Virus record (IMG/VR): IMGVR_UViG_3300014202_000308
Span: 1-24,292 of that record
DNA length: 24,292 bases
From: a virus
Lineage: Duplodnaviria; Caudoviricetes
Reading direction: 5' to 3' (one strand)
Shown here: positions 15,680-23,520 of the stretch, piece after piece
Position numbering within the stretch: position 1 is the stretch's first letter
How the letters are laid out: every line of letters begins with the position of its first letter
Notes under the pieces: model-generated
What the model saw: only the letters and a program-made list of their open reading frames with translations
What the model was told of the DNA's origin: nothing
The model's database searches: none
Made by a program: the position numbers and the translations under genes

Positions 15680-15748
15680 GCCCCAGCTTCATTCCGCGAG
15701 GTACCCATGCCCCTGACCCCAGACGAACAGGCACGCCTGACCAGCCTG
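15680..15748 (+). repeat. Direct repeat copy 1 (gpW leader and first 14 codons)
   Basis: 66/69 identical to 18350-18418; offset 2670 bp. Confidence 0.95.
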
Positions 15749-15814
15749 GTGGCGCGTGAGTACATCGAGCGGGCGCAACGGCGGGCTTCCGATGGGTCGG
15801 CAACATGGCAATAG
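15707..15814 (+). pseudogene. Truncated gpW 5' duplicate forming a 35-aa leader ORF
   Basis: MPLTPDEQARLTSL, then unrelated sequence; stop TAG at 15812-15814 overlaps the start of the next gene (ATG 15805). Confidence 0.7.
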
Positions 15815-16149
15815 CTAGCGCGCTGGGGGGTGAACTCAATATCCGGGTCCGGCACGGACACCCTGTCGGCCCGTTCCAGCTCACATGGAAGTCTGGCGGT
15901 GTGCCCTACGACTACACCGGCGCGGTGTTCGATTCGGTGATTCGCGCGGAGTGGGCCGGCCCTGTGGTGGATATGTTCGACATCACGCAACTATCACCCA
16001 CAACCGGCGTGCTGTCGTTTTTGCTGCCACAGGTGCGCGCGGAGAGCCTGGTCGAGGGCAAAAAATACGTTTACCTGATCAGCGTCACGCCGGCTGGCGG
16101 CTCGCGCGCGCCATTTATCTACGGCGTCCTGGACGTGCAGGGCGCATGA
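15805..16149 (+). CDS. Small beta-rich virion accessory or adaptor-like protein
   Basis: LNIRVRHG...YDYTGA...IR...G.L...L....YVYLI.V....G.L.V pattern, seen in Ig-like phage structural adaptors. Confidence 0.65.
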   Translation: MAIASALGGELNIRVRHGHPVGPFQLTWKSGGVPYDYTGAVFDSVIRAEWAGPVVDMFDITQLSPTTGVLSFLLPQVRAESLVEGKKYVYLISVTPAGGSRAPFIYGVLDVQGA

Positions 16150-16475
16150 CCACGCTGACGGTAGTGCCGCAGTTCTCGCAGGTCCAGGCCGTCGGTCCGG
16201 ATACGGACGTTACCGTCAGCATCGCCAACGCGCCGCAGATCAGCGTGGACGCGGGCATACCCGGCCCGCCTGGCGCTGGGGCAACATCCTACGATCACAC
16301 GCAGAGCAGCGCGTCGGCGGAGTGGGTGATTAACCACAACCTGGGCCGGCGGGTGGATATCACCGTGCTGTCGCCCGGCGGCGCGCTGGTGATCGCCGAC
16401 GTGGTGCTGATCAGCGACAACCAAGCGCGCATTTATTTCGTATCGCCGAAAACCGGCACGGCCCTTGTGAGGTAA
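16146..16475 (+). CDS. Fibre-associated protein with a short collagen-like motif
   Basis: ATGA overlap; GIPGPPGAG; C-terminal WVINHNLGR beta domain. Confidence 0.7.
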   Translation: MTTLTVVPQFSQVQAVGPDTDVTVSIANAPQISVDAGIPGPPGAGATSYDHTQSSASAEWVINHNLGRRVDITVLSPGGALVIADVVLISDNQARIYFVSPKTGTALVR

Positions 16476-16479
16476 CAAA

Positions 16480-17268
16480 GTGACGATTATCAGCAGCCAT
16501 CTGGATTTCAACAATGAGGCACGGATTCTCAATCTGCTGGATCCGACGCTCGCGCAGCACCCAGCCACGAAAGCCTATGTGGATGGCGCTGTCGAAGGCC
16601 TCGCATGGAAAGACTCGGTGCGAGTGGCATCCGTCGCCAATCTCACGCTGTCCGGCCCCGGCGCGACCATCGACGGCATCACGATGGCGACAAACGACCG
16701 GGTGCTGGTGAAAGACCAGACCACGCAGAGCCAGAACGGGCTTTACCTCTGGAACGGCGCGGCGGTGGCAATGACGCGCACGGCTGACGCCAGCACGTTT
16801 GCTGAGCTGGAGCAGGCGGTGGTGACCGTCGAGGAAGGCACCAGCGCCGGTTCGACCTTTCGGCAAACGCAGGTCAACGGCACGATCGACACCAACAACG
16901 TGCTGTGGTCCGCCTTCGGCACCAGCGCGCCTGCCGCCTCCGAAACCACGGCGGGGATCGCCGAGCTTGCCACTCAGTCCGAAACCGACACCGGCGCCGA
17001 CGATCTGCGGATCGTCACACCGCTCAAATTGGGGAACTGGTCCGGGAGAAAACGGAAATTCACGCAGACCTTCGGCGATGGCTCTGCAACCAGTTTCAAT
17101 ATCGACCACAACTTCGCCACGCGGGACGTGACGGTCGAGGTCTACCGCAACAGCGGGAGCTACGATTCGGTGATTGTGGATGTCACGCGGCCAACCACAA
17201 ACCGTGTGACGCTGACGTTTGTTTCCGCGCCATCGGCCAGCGCGTTTAATGTTGTTGTAATTGCGTAA
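16480..17268 (+). CDS. Fibre-like virion protein
   Basis: DP...ATKAYVD; KDSVRVAS...IDG...DRVLVKDQT...QNGLY; fibre repeat ASETTAGIAELATQSET; C-terminal IDHNF beta domain. Confidence 0.8.
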   Translation: MTIISSHLDFNNEARILNLLDPTLAQHPATKAYVDGAVEGLAWKDSVRVASVANLTLSGPGATIDGITMATNDRVLVKDQTTQSQNGLYLWNGAAVAMTRTADASTFAELEQAVVTVEEGTSAGSTFRQTQVNGTIDTNNVLWSAFGTSAPAASETTAGIAELATQSETDTGADDLRIVTPLKLGNWSGRKRKFTQTFGDGSATSFNIDHNFATRDVTVEVYRNSGSYDSVIVDVTRPTTNRVTLTFVSAPSASAFNVVVIA

Positions 17269-17278
17269 GCGTGAATCC

Positions 17279-17515
17279 GTGGCAATAGAGCTTCAGCCAA
17301 CTTGCGACCCGTCCGTCTGGATAGAGGAGCAGATGGTTGGTTATGTTCGCTATCGTAATGCTGCCGGAAGACGGTGGGAAGTGCATGGTATATGCGACCA
17401 GCGGGGCAACTGCTGGGAAGGCGCGGTGGGGTCGAAGCCTGATCTGGACTGCCCGGTGACGCCGGAGTTTCACGGCTGCTGTCCGTTCACCTACGTTGAG
17501 CTTGAGCCGGTCTAA
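17279..17515 (+). CDS. Small Cys-rich hypothetical protein
   Basis: TAATG coupling to the next gene; six Cys; start uncertain (17261 or 17279). Confidence 0.55.
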   Translation: MAIELQPTCDPSVWIEEQMVGYVRYRNAAGRRWEVHGICDQRGNCWEGAVGSKPDLDCPVTPEFHGCCPFTYVELEPV

Positions 17516-18237
17516 TGGCCACGAAGCTGTACTTCCATGATGCGGCATATGCTGGAGGTGGCACGCCCCCAAGTGGCGAGCAGGCCACGGCTACGCCGAG
17601 CTGGACGGCTACGGGCGGCGCAACCAACCGCACCATGAACACCGTTATCGGTGTGGCGCAGGCGTCTCTAGCCGGCACTACACTGAACAACACCGCAGCG
17701 CAAACCGGCCTGCTGGGGATGTTCATCTCCCCTCCGTTGTCTGGGGCGCAGACAGTCGGCGGCGGCACGATGGTGCTCAACACCGCCGACCAAGAAAGCA
17801 ACGCCGCCGCCAACTTCTGGATTGATGGGCTCAATGTCTACGTCTGGCGTCCGAGCACGGGCACCAAGGTCGGCACGCTGCGGGACGCCCGTAATTTAGG
17901 CGGCACCGAAGCCACTACCGGCGAGACCGTAACCCACATTTCGGGGATCACCTCGACCGGCATATCTGCCAGTGATGGTGATGTCCTTGTCTGTGAGGTG
18001 TGGGCTGAACACACGCAGAGCATGGCGACTGCGTACACGGCCACGTTCTACTACGACGGTACGACCGAGAACGCGACCGAAAATGCCACGGTCAGCAACC
18101 ACGCCAGCTACCTACAGCTGGCGGAGACACTCACGTTCAAGGAGTACGTTTACCAGGGCGCGGATTGGGCGGCGAAATATCTGGGAACGAAAACGGATGC
18201 ACAACTGTATTTGGGGGCGAAGACGTTGCACCCATGA
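17515..18237 (+). CDS. Thr/Gly-rich beta protein, possible receptor- or carbohydrate-binding virion protein
   Basis: 240 aa, T/G/A rich, no signal peptide; last gene of the inserted cassette. Confidence 0.7.
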   Translation: MATKLYFHDAAYAGGGTPPSGEQATATPSWTATGGATNRTMNTVIGVAQASLAGTTLNNTAAQTGLLGMFISPPLSGAQTVGGGTMVLNTADQESNAAANFWIDGLNVYVWRPSTGTKVGTLRDARNLGGTEATTGETVTHISGITSTGISASDGDVLVCEVWAEHTQSMATAYTATFYYDGTTENATENATVSNHASYLQLAETLTFKEYVYQGADWAAKYLGTKTDAQLYLGAKTLHP

Positions 18238-18282
18238 GTCAAACCCAGGAATAAATAGCATGCCCTGTTTGACCAAATTGCC

Positions 18283-18349
18283 CGTAAAACCCCGCCCTTC
18301 AGGGCTGGGGAGATAGAAGCCACAGGCTTTAGCCGTGGGGATCAGTTAC
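18283..18349 (+). mobile_element. Miniature non-autonomous IS200/IS605-family remnant (PATE-like: left and right end hairpins only)
   Basis: CGTAAAA-CCCCGCCC-TTCA-GGGCTGGGG (left-end-like hairpin) joined to GAAG-CCACAGGC-TTTA-GCCGTGG-GGATCAG-TTAC (right-end-like hairpin). No tnpA/tnpB. The left boundary is uncertain. Confidence 0.7.
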
Positions 18350-18418
18350 GCCCCAGTTTCATTCCGCGAGGTATCCATGCCCCTGACCCCAGACGAACAG
18401 GCGCGCCTGACCAGCCTG
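18350..18418 (+). repeat. Direct repeat copy 2 (intact gpW leader and 5' end)
   Basis: 66/69 identical to 15680-15748. Confidence 0.95.
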
Positions 18419-18604
18419 ACGGCGGCGCGTGATGCGATTTTGACGGGCCAGCGCGTGGGCAGCTTTCGGGATTCCGACGGCATGCAGACGAACTATGCCG
18501 ACATGACCGATGCCGACAAGCGTCGCCTGTTTGCGGAGATCGACCGGCTGCAAGCGCTGGCGACGACGCAGCGGCCCCGCGGGCCGGCGAGGGTAATGTG
18601 GTGA
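18377..18604 (+). CDS. W: Head-tail joining protein, gpW family
   Basis: 75 aa, A...ILTG..V...RD.DG....Y.....L...I..L pattern; immediately upstream of the portal; GAGG RBS. Confidence 0.85.
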   Translation: MPLTPDEQARLTSLTAARDAILTGQRVGSFRDSDGMQTNYADMTDADKRRLFAEIDRLQALATTQRPRGPARVMW

Positions 18605-20373
18605 GCGCCGCACCGGTCACTGCCGCCGACGAGGTAAAAACGCTGGTCGGGCCGCGTGGCGAAGTGCTGCGCCGGTTCAGTACCACGGGCGCGGGGGTGA
18701 GCGCGTTCAACGCCACCCGCCCGTCTGGCACCGAGCTGATGCGGTTTGCGCCCAGCCTGGCGTCCGCCGATGGTGATCTGCTGCCCGAGAAACGCGAGCT
18801 CGACGCCCAGGCGCGCGACAACGTGCGCAATGACGGCTATCTGTCGGGTGCGCGGCAGGTCCACGTCGACAACGTGGTGGGCAATCAATTCCGGTTGAAC
18901 GCGCGCCCGAACTGGCGCCTGTTGAGCCGCATCAACCCGGCGCTCGACGAAGCTTGGGCGGAGGAATTCGCGGCCACGGCCGAGGCGCGTTTCAACAACT
19001 GGGCGGAGGATGAAACCAACAACTGGCCCGACGCGCAGCGCATGCAGAATTTCACCGGGCTGGTGCGCATGGTGGCCATGCAGTTGTTCGATGTGGGCGA
19101 ATTTCTCGCCACCGCCGAGTGGCTCAACCGGGGTCCGTACCGCACCGCCCTGCAGGTGATCGATCCGGATCGGCTGTGCAATCCCATGGGACAGAGCGAC
19201 GGCCCCACGCTGCGCCGGGGAGTGATCCTGGGCCGACGGGGCGAGCCGACCGCGTATTCGATCCGCGTCAGTCACCCGGACGATACCCTGGGTTACACCA
19301 CCAACCAGTTCCTCACCAAGATCGTCCCGCGCTTTCGGCCCTGGGGGCGGCCGCAGGTCATCCACCTGTTTTCACGCGAGCGCCCGGACCAGAACCGCGG
19401 CGTGAGCCGGTTGGTGGCGGTGCTGCGCAACATCGATACGACCCGGCGCTATTCGGATCTGGTGTTGCAGAATCTGGCGGTGGGCGCGATGTACGCCGCG
19501 ACCCTCGAAAGCGATCTCGACCGCGAAATGGCGATGAGCTACATCGGGGTCGAAAACCCCGATGGCACAACCAGCGAAGTGAACTACTACGACTGGATGA
19601 TGGGGCAGATCGAGACCTACAGCGAGAACGCCCGGCTGCGCATCGACGGCGTGAAAGTGCCCTATCTGCCCATCGGCACCAGCCTGAAGATGAACACCGC
19701 GAAGAACGCGGGCGGCGTCGGCTCCGATTTTGAAGACAGCCTGATCCGCAAGATCGCCGCCGGTATCGGCATGAGCAAAGAACGCTTCATGCGTGACTGG
19801 AGCAAGACCAACTATTCCAGCAGCCGCGCGGGATCGCTCGAAGACTGGAAATACTTTCTGTCGGTGCGGCGGTTCGGTCCGCATCGCTTCGCGTGCATGG
19901 TGTACCAGCTCGTGCTGGAAGAGATGTGGTATCGCAAGGAACTGCCGATGCCGCGCGGCGCCCCGGATTTCTGGGAGATGCCGGCAGCCTACGCGGCTTG
20001 CACCTGGCGCGGTGCCGGGCGCGGCCAGATCGACCCGGTGAAAGAGACCACCGCGTCCGTGATGAAAAACGAGGCGGGGCTGTCGACGCTGGAACGTGAG
20101 GTATCGGAGCTGAACGGCGAAGACTGGCGCGACGTGATCGACCAGCGCGCCCGGGAACGCAAATACGCCGCCGACAAGGGGCTGCCGGCGATGAGCCTGT
20201 CGATCTCTGCGTCCAGTGCCGACAACAATCCCGAGAACGATCCGAGCAACCCGAACGATCCCAACAACGCCAATGGTAACGACGACGGCGTGAGCGGGAT
20301 CACCACGCGCGTCACTCTCACGTCTATCCCGCCCGCGAAACCGCGCGTGCGGGTGACCGGGGGGCCGGCATGA
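18601..20373 (+). CDS. Portal protein, lambda family
   Basis: ARD.VRND, VDNVVG, LQVIDPDRL, ERPDQ.RGVS, D.SK.NYSSSR and IDPVKE motifs; GTGA overlap with gpW. Confidence 0.95.
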   Translation: MSAAPVTAADEVKTLVGPRGEVLRRFSTTGAGVSAFNATRPSGTELMRFAPSLASADGDLLPEKRELDAQARDNVRNDGYLSGARQVHVDNVVGNQFRLNARPNWRLLSRINPALDEAWAEEFAATAEARFNNWAEDETNNWPDAQRMQNFTGLVRMVAMQLFDVGEFLATAEWLNRGPYRTALQVIDPDRLCNPMGQSDGPTLRRGVILGRRGEPTAYSIRVSHPDDTLGYTTNQFLTKIVPRFRPWGRPQVIHLFSRERPDQNRGVSRLVAVLRNIDTTRRYSDLVLQNLAVGAMYAATLESDLDREMAMSYIGVENPDGTTSEVNYYDWMMGQIETYSENARLRIDGVKVPYLPIGTSLKMNTAKNAGGVGSDFEDSLIRKIAAGIGMSKERFMRDWSKTNYSSSRAGSLEDWKYFLSVRRFGPHRFACMVYQLVLEEMWYRKELPMPRGAPDFWEMPAAYAACTWRGAGRGQIDPVKETTASVMKNEAGLSTLEREVSELNGEDWRDVIDQRARERKYAADKGLPAMSLSISASSADNNPENDPSNPNDPNNANGNDDGVSGITTRVTLTSIPPAKPRVRVTGGPA

Positions 20374-22118
20374 GCGCCCCCGAGCGCGTATTGATCGGCA
20401 ACGCTGAGTTGTGGCACGGCGAGGGTCTTGACGTTCTGCCTCTGCTCGATTCGGTATCCGCCGTGGTGACCGATCCGCCCTACGGCATCAGGTTTATGGG
20501 CAAGCGCTGGGACTACGACGTGCCATCAACCGAGCTGTGGGCGTTGGTGCTGGATCGCCTGCTGCCGGGCGGCCACCTGCTGGCATTCGCGGGAACCCGC
20601 ACGCAGCACCGCATGGCCGTGCGGATCGAAGATGCCGGTTTCGAGATTCGGGACATGCTGGCCTGGGTGTACGGGTCTGGATTTCCGAAAAGCCTGGACG
20701 TGGGCAAGGCGATTGACAAGCAGGCTGGCGCGAAGCGGGACGTTATTTCGTCCTGCGCGACTGGCTGGAGCGGCACCCTCGGCGGGAGATCGGCGTTTTC
20801 CGGGCTTGGTGGTGCGCCAGATGTGCGGACCGTTACGGCACCGGCAACCGACCTCGCCCGTCAATGGGATGGCTGGGGCACCGCGCTCAAGCCGGCCTTC
20901 GAGCCGATCACCTTGGCCCGCCGGCCTCTAAGCGGAACGGTCGCTCAGAACGTGCGGGCGCATGGCACCGGTGCGCTGAATATCGATGGATGCAGAGTGC
21001 CTACCGACGAAGTGCTGCGTGCCGGCACCGGCAACATTCCCTGCCGGCACGACCAGTCGCAGCCACGCGGGCGAACTGGCGAGGCCAGTGCGCAGCGCCG
21101 CTATACCGAAAACGGAGGCACCGACTTCGCAATGACGCCGGGGCCACGTGGCGGCGATCCCGCAGGCCGCTGGCCCGCCAACCTGATCCACGATGGCAGC
21201 GAGGAAGTGTTGGCGCTGTTCCCTGACTCGAAGGGGCAGCAGGGGGATCTGCGCGCGACGGGGCGTGCTCGCCCGTCATCAGGTCGATTCGGCGACATGG
21301 CGCCGCCGACCCCGCACCCTGCGCGAAACGATACTGGCAGCGCCGCCCGGTTCTTCAAACAATGTTCATTCAACGAGGGGGACGCATGCGACCTTGCGAA
21401 CATTGCGGTGCGCCTTTCCGACCAGCAAAAGCCATTCGACGCTTCTGCTCTCGTTCGTGCAGTCAGCACGGTGCTCCCCGAGGAATTGTGCGCGGCCGTG
21501 TCGCTCTCGGAACCACTCACTACGAGCGCCACGGGGCGGCAGTTAGAGACGCTTTGCGCCAGCGCTATGCAAGCGATCCAGACTTTCGGACCAAGGTTCT
21601 GGCGCGAGCCGCAGCCCGGCGAACTTTCCCTGACGCTCAACCGTGTGAACGTTGCGGCGCACCGAACGCCGACAGGCATCACGACGATTACGGTAAGCCA
21701 TTGGAGATCCGATGGAAGTGCAGAGCCTGTCACGTTCATCATCACGCCGACGAGCTCGGCAGTTGGGGCGAAGGACTCCGTGCCGTCTACGGCCGCTAGG
21801 CTGATGTACTGCGCCAAGGCGCGCGCCTCCGAACGTGGCGCAGGCAATGACCATCCGACGGTTAAACCGCTGGCGCTGATGCGCTGGCTGCTGACCCTGG
21901 TGGTGCCGCCACATGGGCTTGTGCTCGATCCATTCCTTGGATCTGGATCAACCGGTGTCGCCGCCATTGAGATGGGTATGCGGTTCATCGGTATCGAGCG
22001 TGATCGCAAGTCCTTTGAAATCGCCTGCGCCAGAATCGAAGCTGCCCAACGGCAAGGCCGGATGTTCAGCCCTGAGCCCCCAGAGATGCCGGAGCAGGCA
22101 AGTATGGGCCTGGCGTGA
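20370..22118 (+). CDS. DNA N4-cytosine/N6-adenine methyltransferase (beta class) carrying a ~137-aa in-frame insertion
   Basis: VTDPPY (motif IV), GFPKS, GTALKPAFEPI, GRWPAN, HPTVKP, VLDPFLGSGSTG (motif I) and FIGIE are all in one frame. Confidence 0.93.
   Translation: MSAPERVLIGNAELWHGEGLDVLPLLDSVSAVVTDPPYGIRFMGKRWDYDVPSTELWALVLDRLLPGGHLLAFAGTRTQHRMAVRIEDAGFEIRDMLAWVYGSGFPKSLDVGKAIDKQAGAKRDVISSCATGWSGTLGGRSAFSGLGGAPDVRTVTAPATDLARQWDGWGTALKPAFEPITLARRPLSGTVAQNVRAHGTGALNIDGCRVPTDEVLRAGTGNIPCRHDQSQPRGRTGEASAQRRYTENGGTDFAMTPGPRGGDPAGRWPANLIHDGSEEVLALFPDSKGQQGDLRATGRARPSSGRFGDMAPPTPHPARNDTGSAARFFKQCSFNEGDACDLANIAVRLSDQQKPFDASALVRAVSTVLPEELCAAVSLSEPLTTSATGRQLETLCASAMQAIQTFGPRFWREPQPGELSLTLNRVNVAAHRTPTGITTITVSHWRSDGSAEPVTFIITPTSSAVGAKDSVPSTAARLMYCAKARASERGAGNDHPTVKPLALMRWLLTLVVPPHGLVLDPFLGSGSTGVAAIEMGMRFIGIERDRKSFEIACARIEAAQRQGRMFSPEPPEMPEQASMGLA
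21386..21799 (+). CDS. Nested out-of-frame zinc-finger HNH-like endonuclease inside the methyltransferase gene
   Basis: GAGGGGG RBS then ATG 21386; N-terminal CEHCG..F...FCSRSC zinc finger; C-terminal CERCG...HHDDY.KPL.I.W.CRACH..HH beta-beta-alpha-metal-like motif. Confidence 0.8.
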   Translation: MRPCEHCGAPFRPAKAIRRFCSRSCSQHGAPRGIVRGRVALGTTHYERHGAAVRDALRQRYASDPDFRTKVLARAAARRTFPDAQPCERCGAPNADRHHDDYGKPLEIRWKCRACHVHHHADELGSWGEGLRAVYGR

Positions 22119-22147
22119 CCGGCACCCGACAACACACTGGAGCACCC

Positions 22148-23476
22148 ATGAACCACGACGCCCTGCGCGCCATGGCGGACCGCCTGAATCTGGCGCCGCT
22201 GCTGCTATCCGACATCGCCGCGCGCAATCTGCGCCTGCTGCGCCATGCCCGGTTCGAGCCGGATGCGCGCGGCGAGATCGCCGCCGACCAGCGCGTCGAT
22301 GCCCATGGCATGACCTCCCGGGGCAGTGAGCGCCCCTACGCGGTGCTGGAAGGCGGGATCGCCCTGGTGACCATCAGCGGCACCCTGCTGGCGAACTACA
22401 ACTATGCCGGCTCTTATTACACCGGGTACGAGTCCATCGAAACCCGCCTGGATGCGGCGCTCGCCGATCCCGATGTGCTGGGGGTGGCGCTGCTGATCGA
22501 TAGCCACGGCGGCGAGGCGGCGGGCTGCTTCGAGACCGCGGACCGCATTTATCGCGGTCGTGACACCAAGCCCGTCTGGGCGCTCGCCAAGCACGCCGCG
22601 CTGTCCGGTGGCTATGCGCTGGCATCGAGCGCCGACCGCCTGTATGGCACGCCCTCCGCGCGCCTGGGCAGCATCGGTGTGGTGGTGGTGCACATGGATG
22701 TCAGCGGCTCGCTGGATCAGTACGGCGTTGCGGTGACGCTGATCCACAGCGGCGATCATAAAGTGGACGGCAACCCGTTCCAGCCGCTGCCGCCCGCCGT
22801 GCGCGCGCGTATTCAGGCCGACCTGGACACCACCCGGCAGACGTTCGCCGGCGCCGTGGCCCGCAATCGTGGCCTGGGCGTCGATGCGGTGCTGGCCACC
22901 GAAGCCGCCGTGTATCGCGTCGAGGAGGCTGTGGCCCTGGGCCTGGCCGACGGCGTGCGCGACACCGATGCGTTTTTCGCCGAGTTCCGCGCGTTTCTGG
23001 AGACTCAGCAAACCGAGCAAACCAACCGGGGTTTCGTCGCCATGTCGGCGCCGGCCCCACTTCAACCCAGCACGACAGGAGTGCAACCCATGACCCAGCA
23101 GACCAATCCGGGTGAGGCGGCGCCTGCCGTTGCCCAGGTAACCACCCAGCAAGACCCCGCCGCGCTTGCGGCAGCCCGCACCGAAGGTGTCGTCGCCGAG
23201 CGCGAGCGCGTGGCGGCCATTCTCGGCAGCGAGGAAGCCAAGGGCCGCGAAGAGCAGGCGCAGTTTCTCGCCACCAAGACCAGCGTGTCCGTGCCCGAGG
23301 CGCTGGGCATTCTGGCCGCGAGCCCCACGGCCCGCAGCGGATCGCCCCTGGATGCCGCCATGTCCGCCGGTGGGCCGGACGTTGGGGGTGGGACGGGCGG
23401 CGATACCACGCCTGCGAAGCCGATCATCAACAGCGCGGACATTTACGCGCGCCGCGCCGCCGTCGCCAAGCACTGA
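22148..23476 (+). CDS. Prohead protease, S49 family (gpC-like), with C-terminal scaffold
   Basis: IDSHGGE, ALSGGYALAS (catalytic Ser), GSIGV and GDHKVDGNP (Lys); GGAG RBS before ATG 22148. Confidence 0.93.
   Translation: MNHDALRAMADRLNLAPLLLSDIAARNLRLLRHARFEPDARGEIAADQRVDAHGMTSRGSERPYAVLEGGIALVTISGTLLANYNYAGSYYTGYESIETRLDAALADPDVLGVALLIDSHGGEAAGCFETADRIYRGRDTKPVWALAKHAALSGGYALASSADRLYGTPSARLGSIGVVVVHMDVSGSLDQYGVAVTLIHSGDHKVDGNPFQPLPPAVRARIQADLDTTRQTFAGAVARNRGLGVDAVLATEAAVYRVEEAVALGLADGVRDTDAFFAEFRAFLETQQTEQTNRGFVAMSAPAPLQPSTTGVQPMTQQTNPGEAAPAVAQVTTQQDPAALAAARTEGVVAERERVAAILGSEEAKGREEQAQFLATKTSVSVPEALGILAASPTARSGSPLDAAMSAGGPDVGGGTGGDTTPAKPIINSADIYARRAAVAKH
23090..23476 (+). CDS. Internal in-frame scaffold protein (Nu3-like)
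   Basis: Strong AGGAG RBS before in-frame ATG 23090 (AGGAGTGCAACCCATG, nearly identical to the capsid leader AGGAGTACAACCCCATG); AERERVAAIL...EAKGRE motif. Confidence 0.7.
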   Translation: MTQQTNPGEAAPAVAQVTTQQDPAALAAARTEGVVAERERVAAILGSEEAKGREEQAQFLATKTSVSVPEALGILAASPTARSGSPLDAAMSAGGPDVGGGTGGDTTPAKPIINSADIYARRAAVAKH

Positions 23477-23520
23477 GCTGCGCCGGCACACGCTCCCACA
23501 CTTTGTAGAGGATTACCGAC

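Noticed and set aside
18238-18273. Inverted repeat GTCAAAC...GTTTGAC after the last cassette gene
   Set aside because: It has a large loop and no T tract; it cannot be assigned as a terminator or an element end from sequence alone.
15680-18418. Diversity-generating retroelement template/variable repeat pair
   Set aside because: The repeat is at a gene's 5' end, the mismatches are mostly C/T rather than adenine-specific, and no reverse transcriptase is in the window.
21387-21797. Intein in the methyltransferase (the insert begins with Cys)
   Set aside because: There is no terminal His-Asn before a Cys/Ser/Thr and no recognisable splicing blocks; the conserved-looking motifs are in the other frame.
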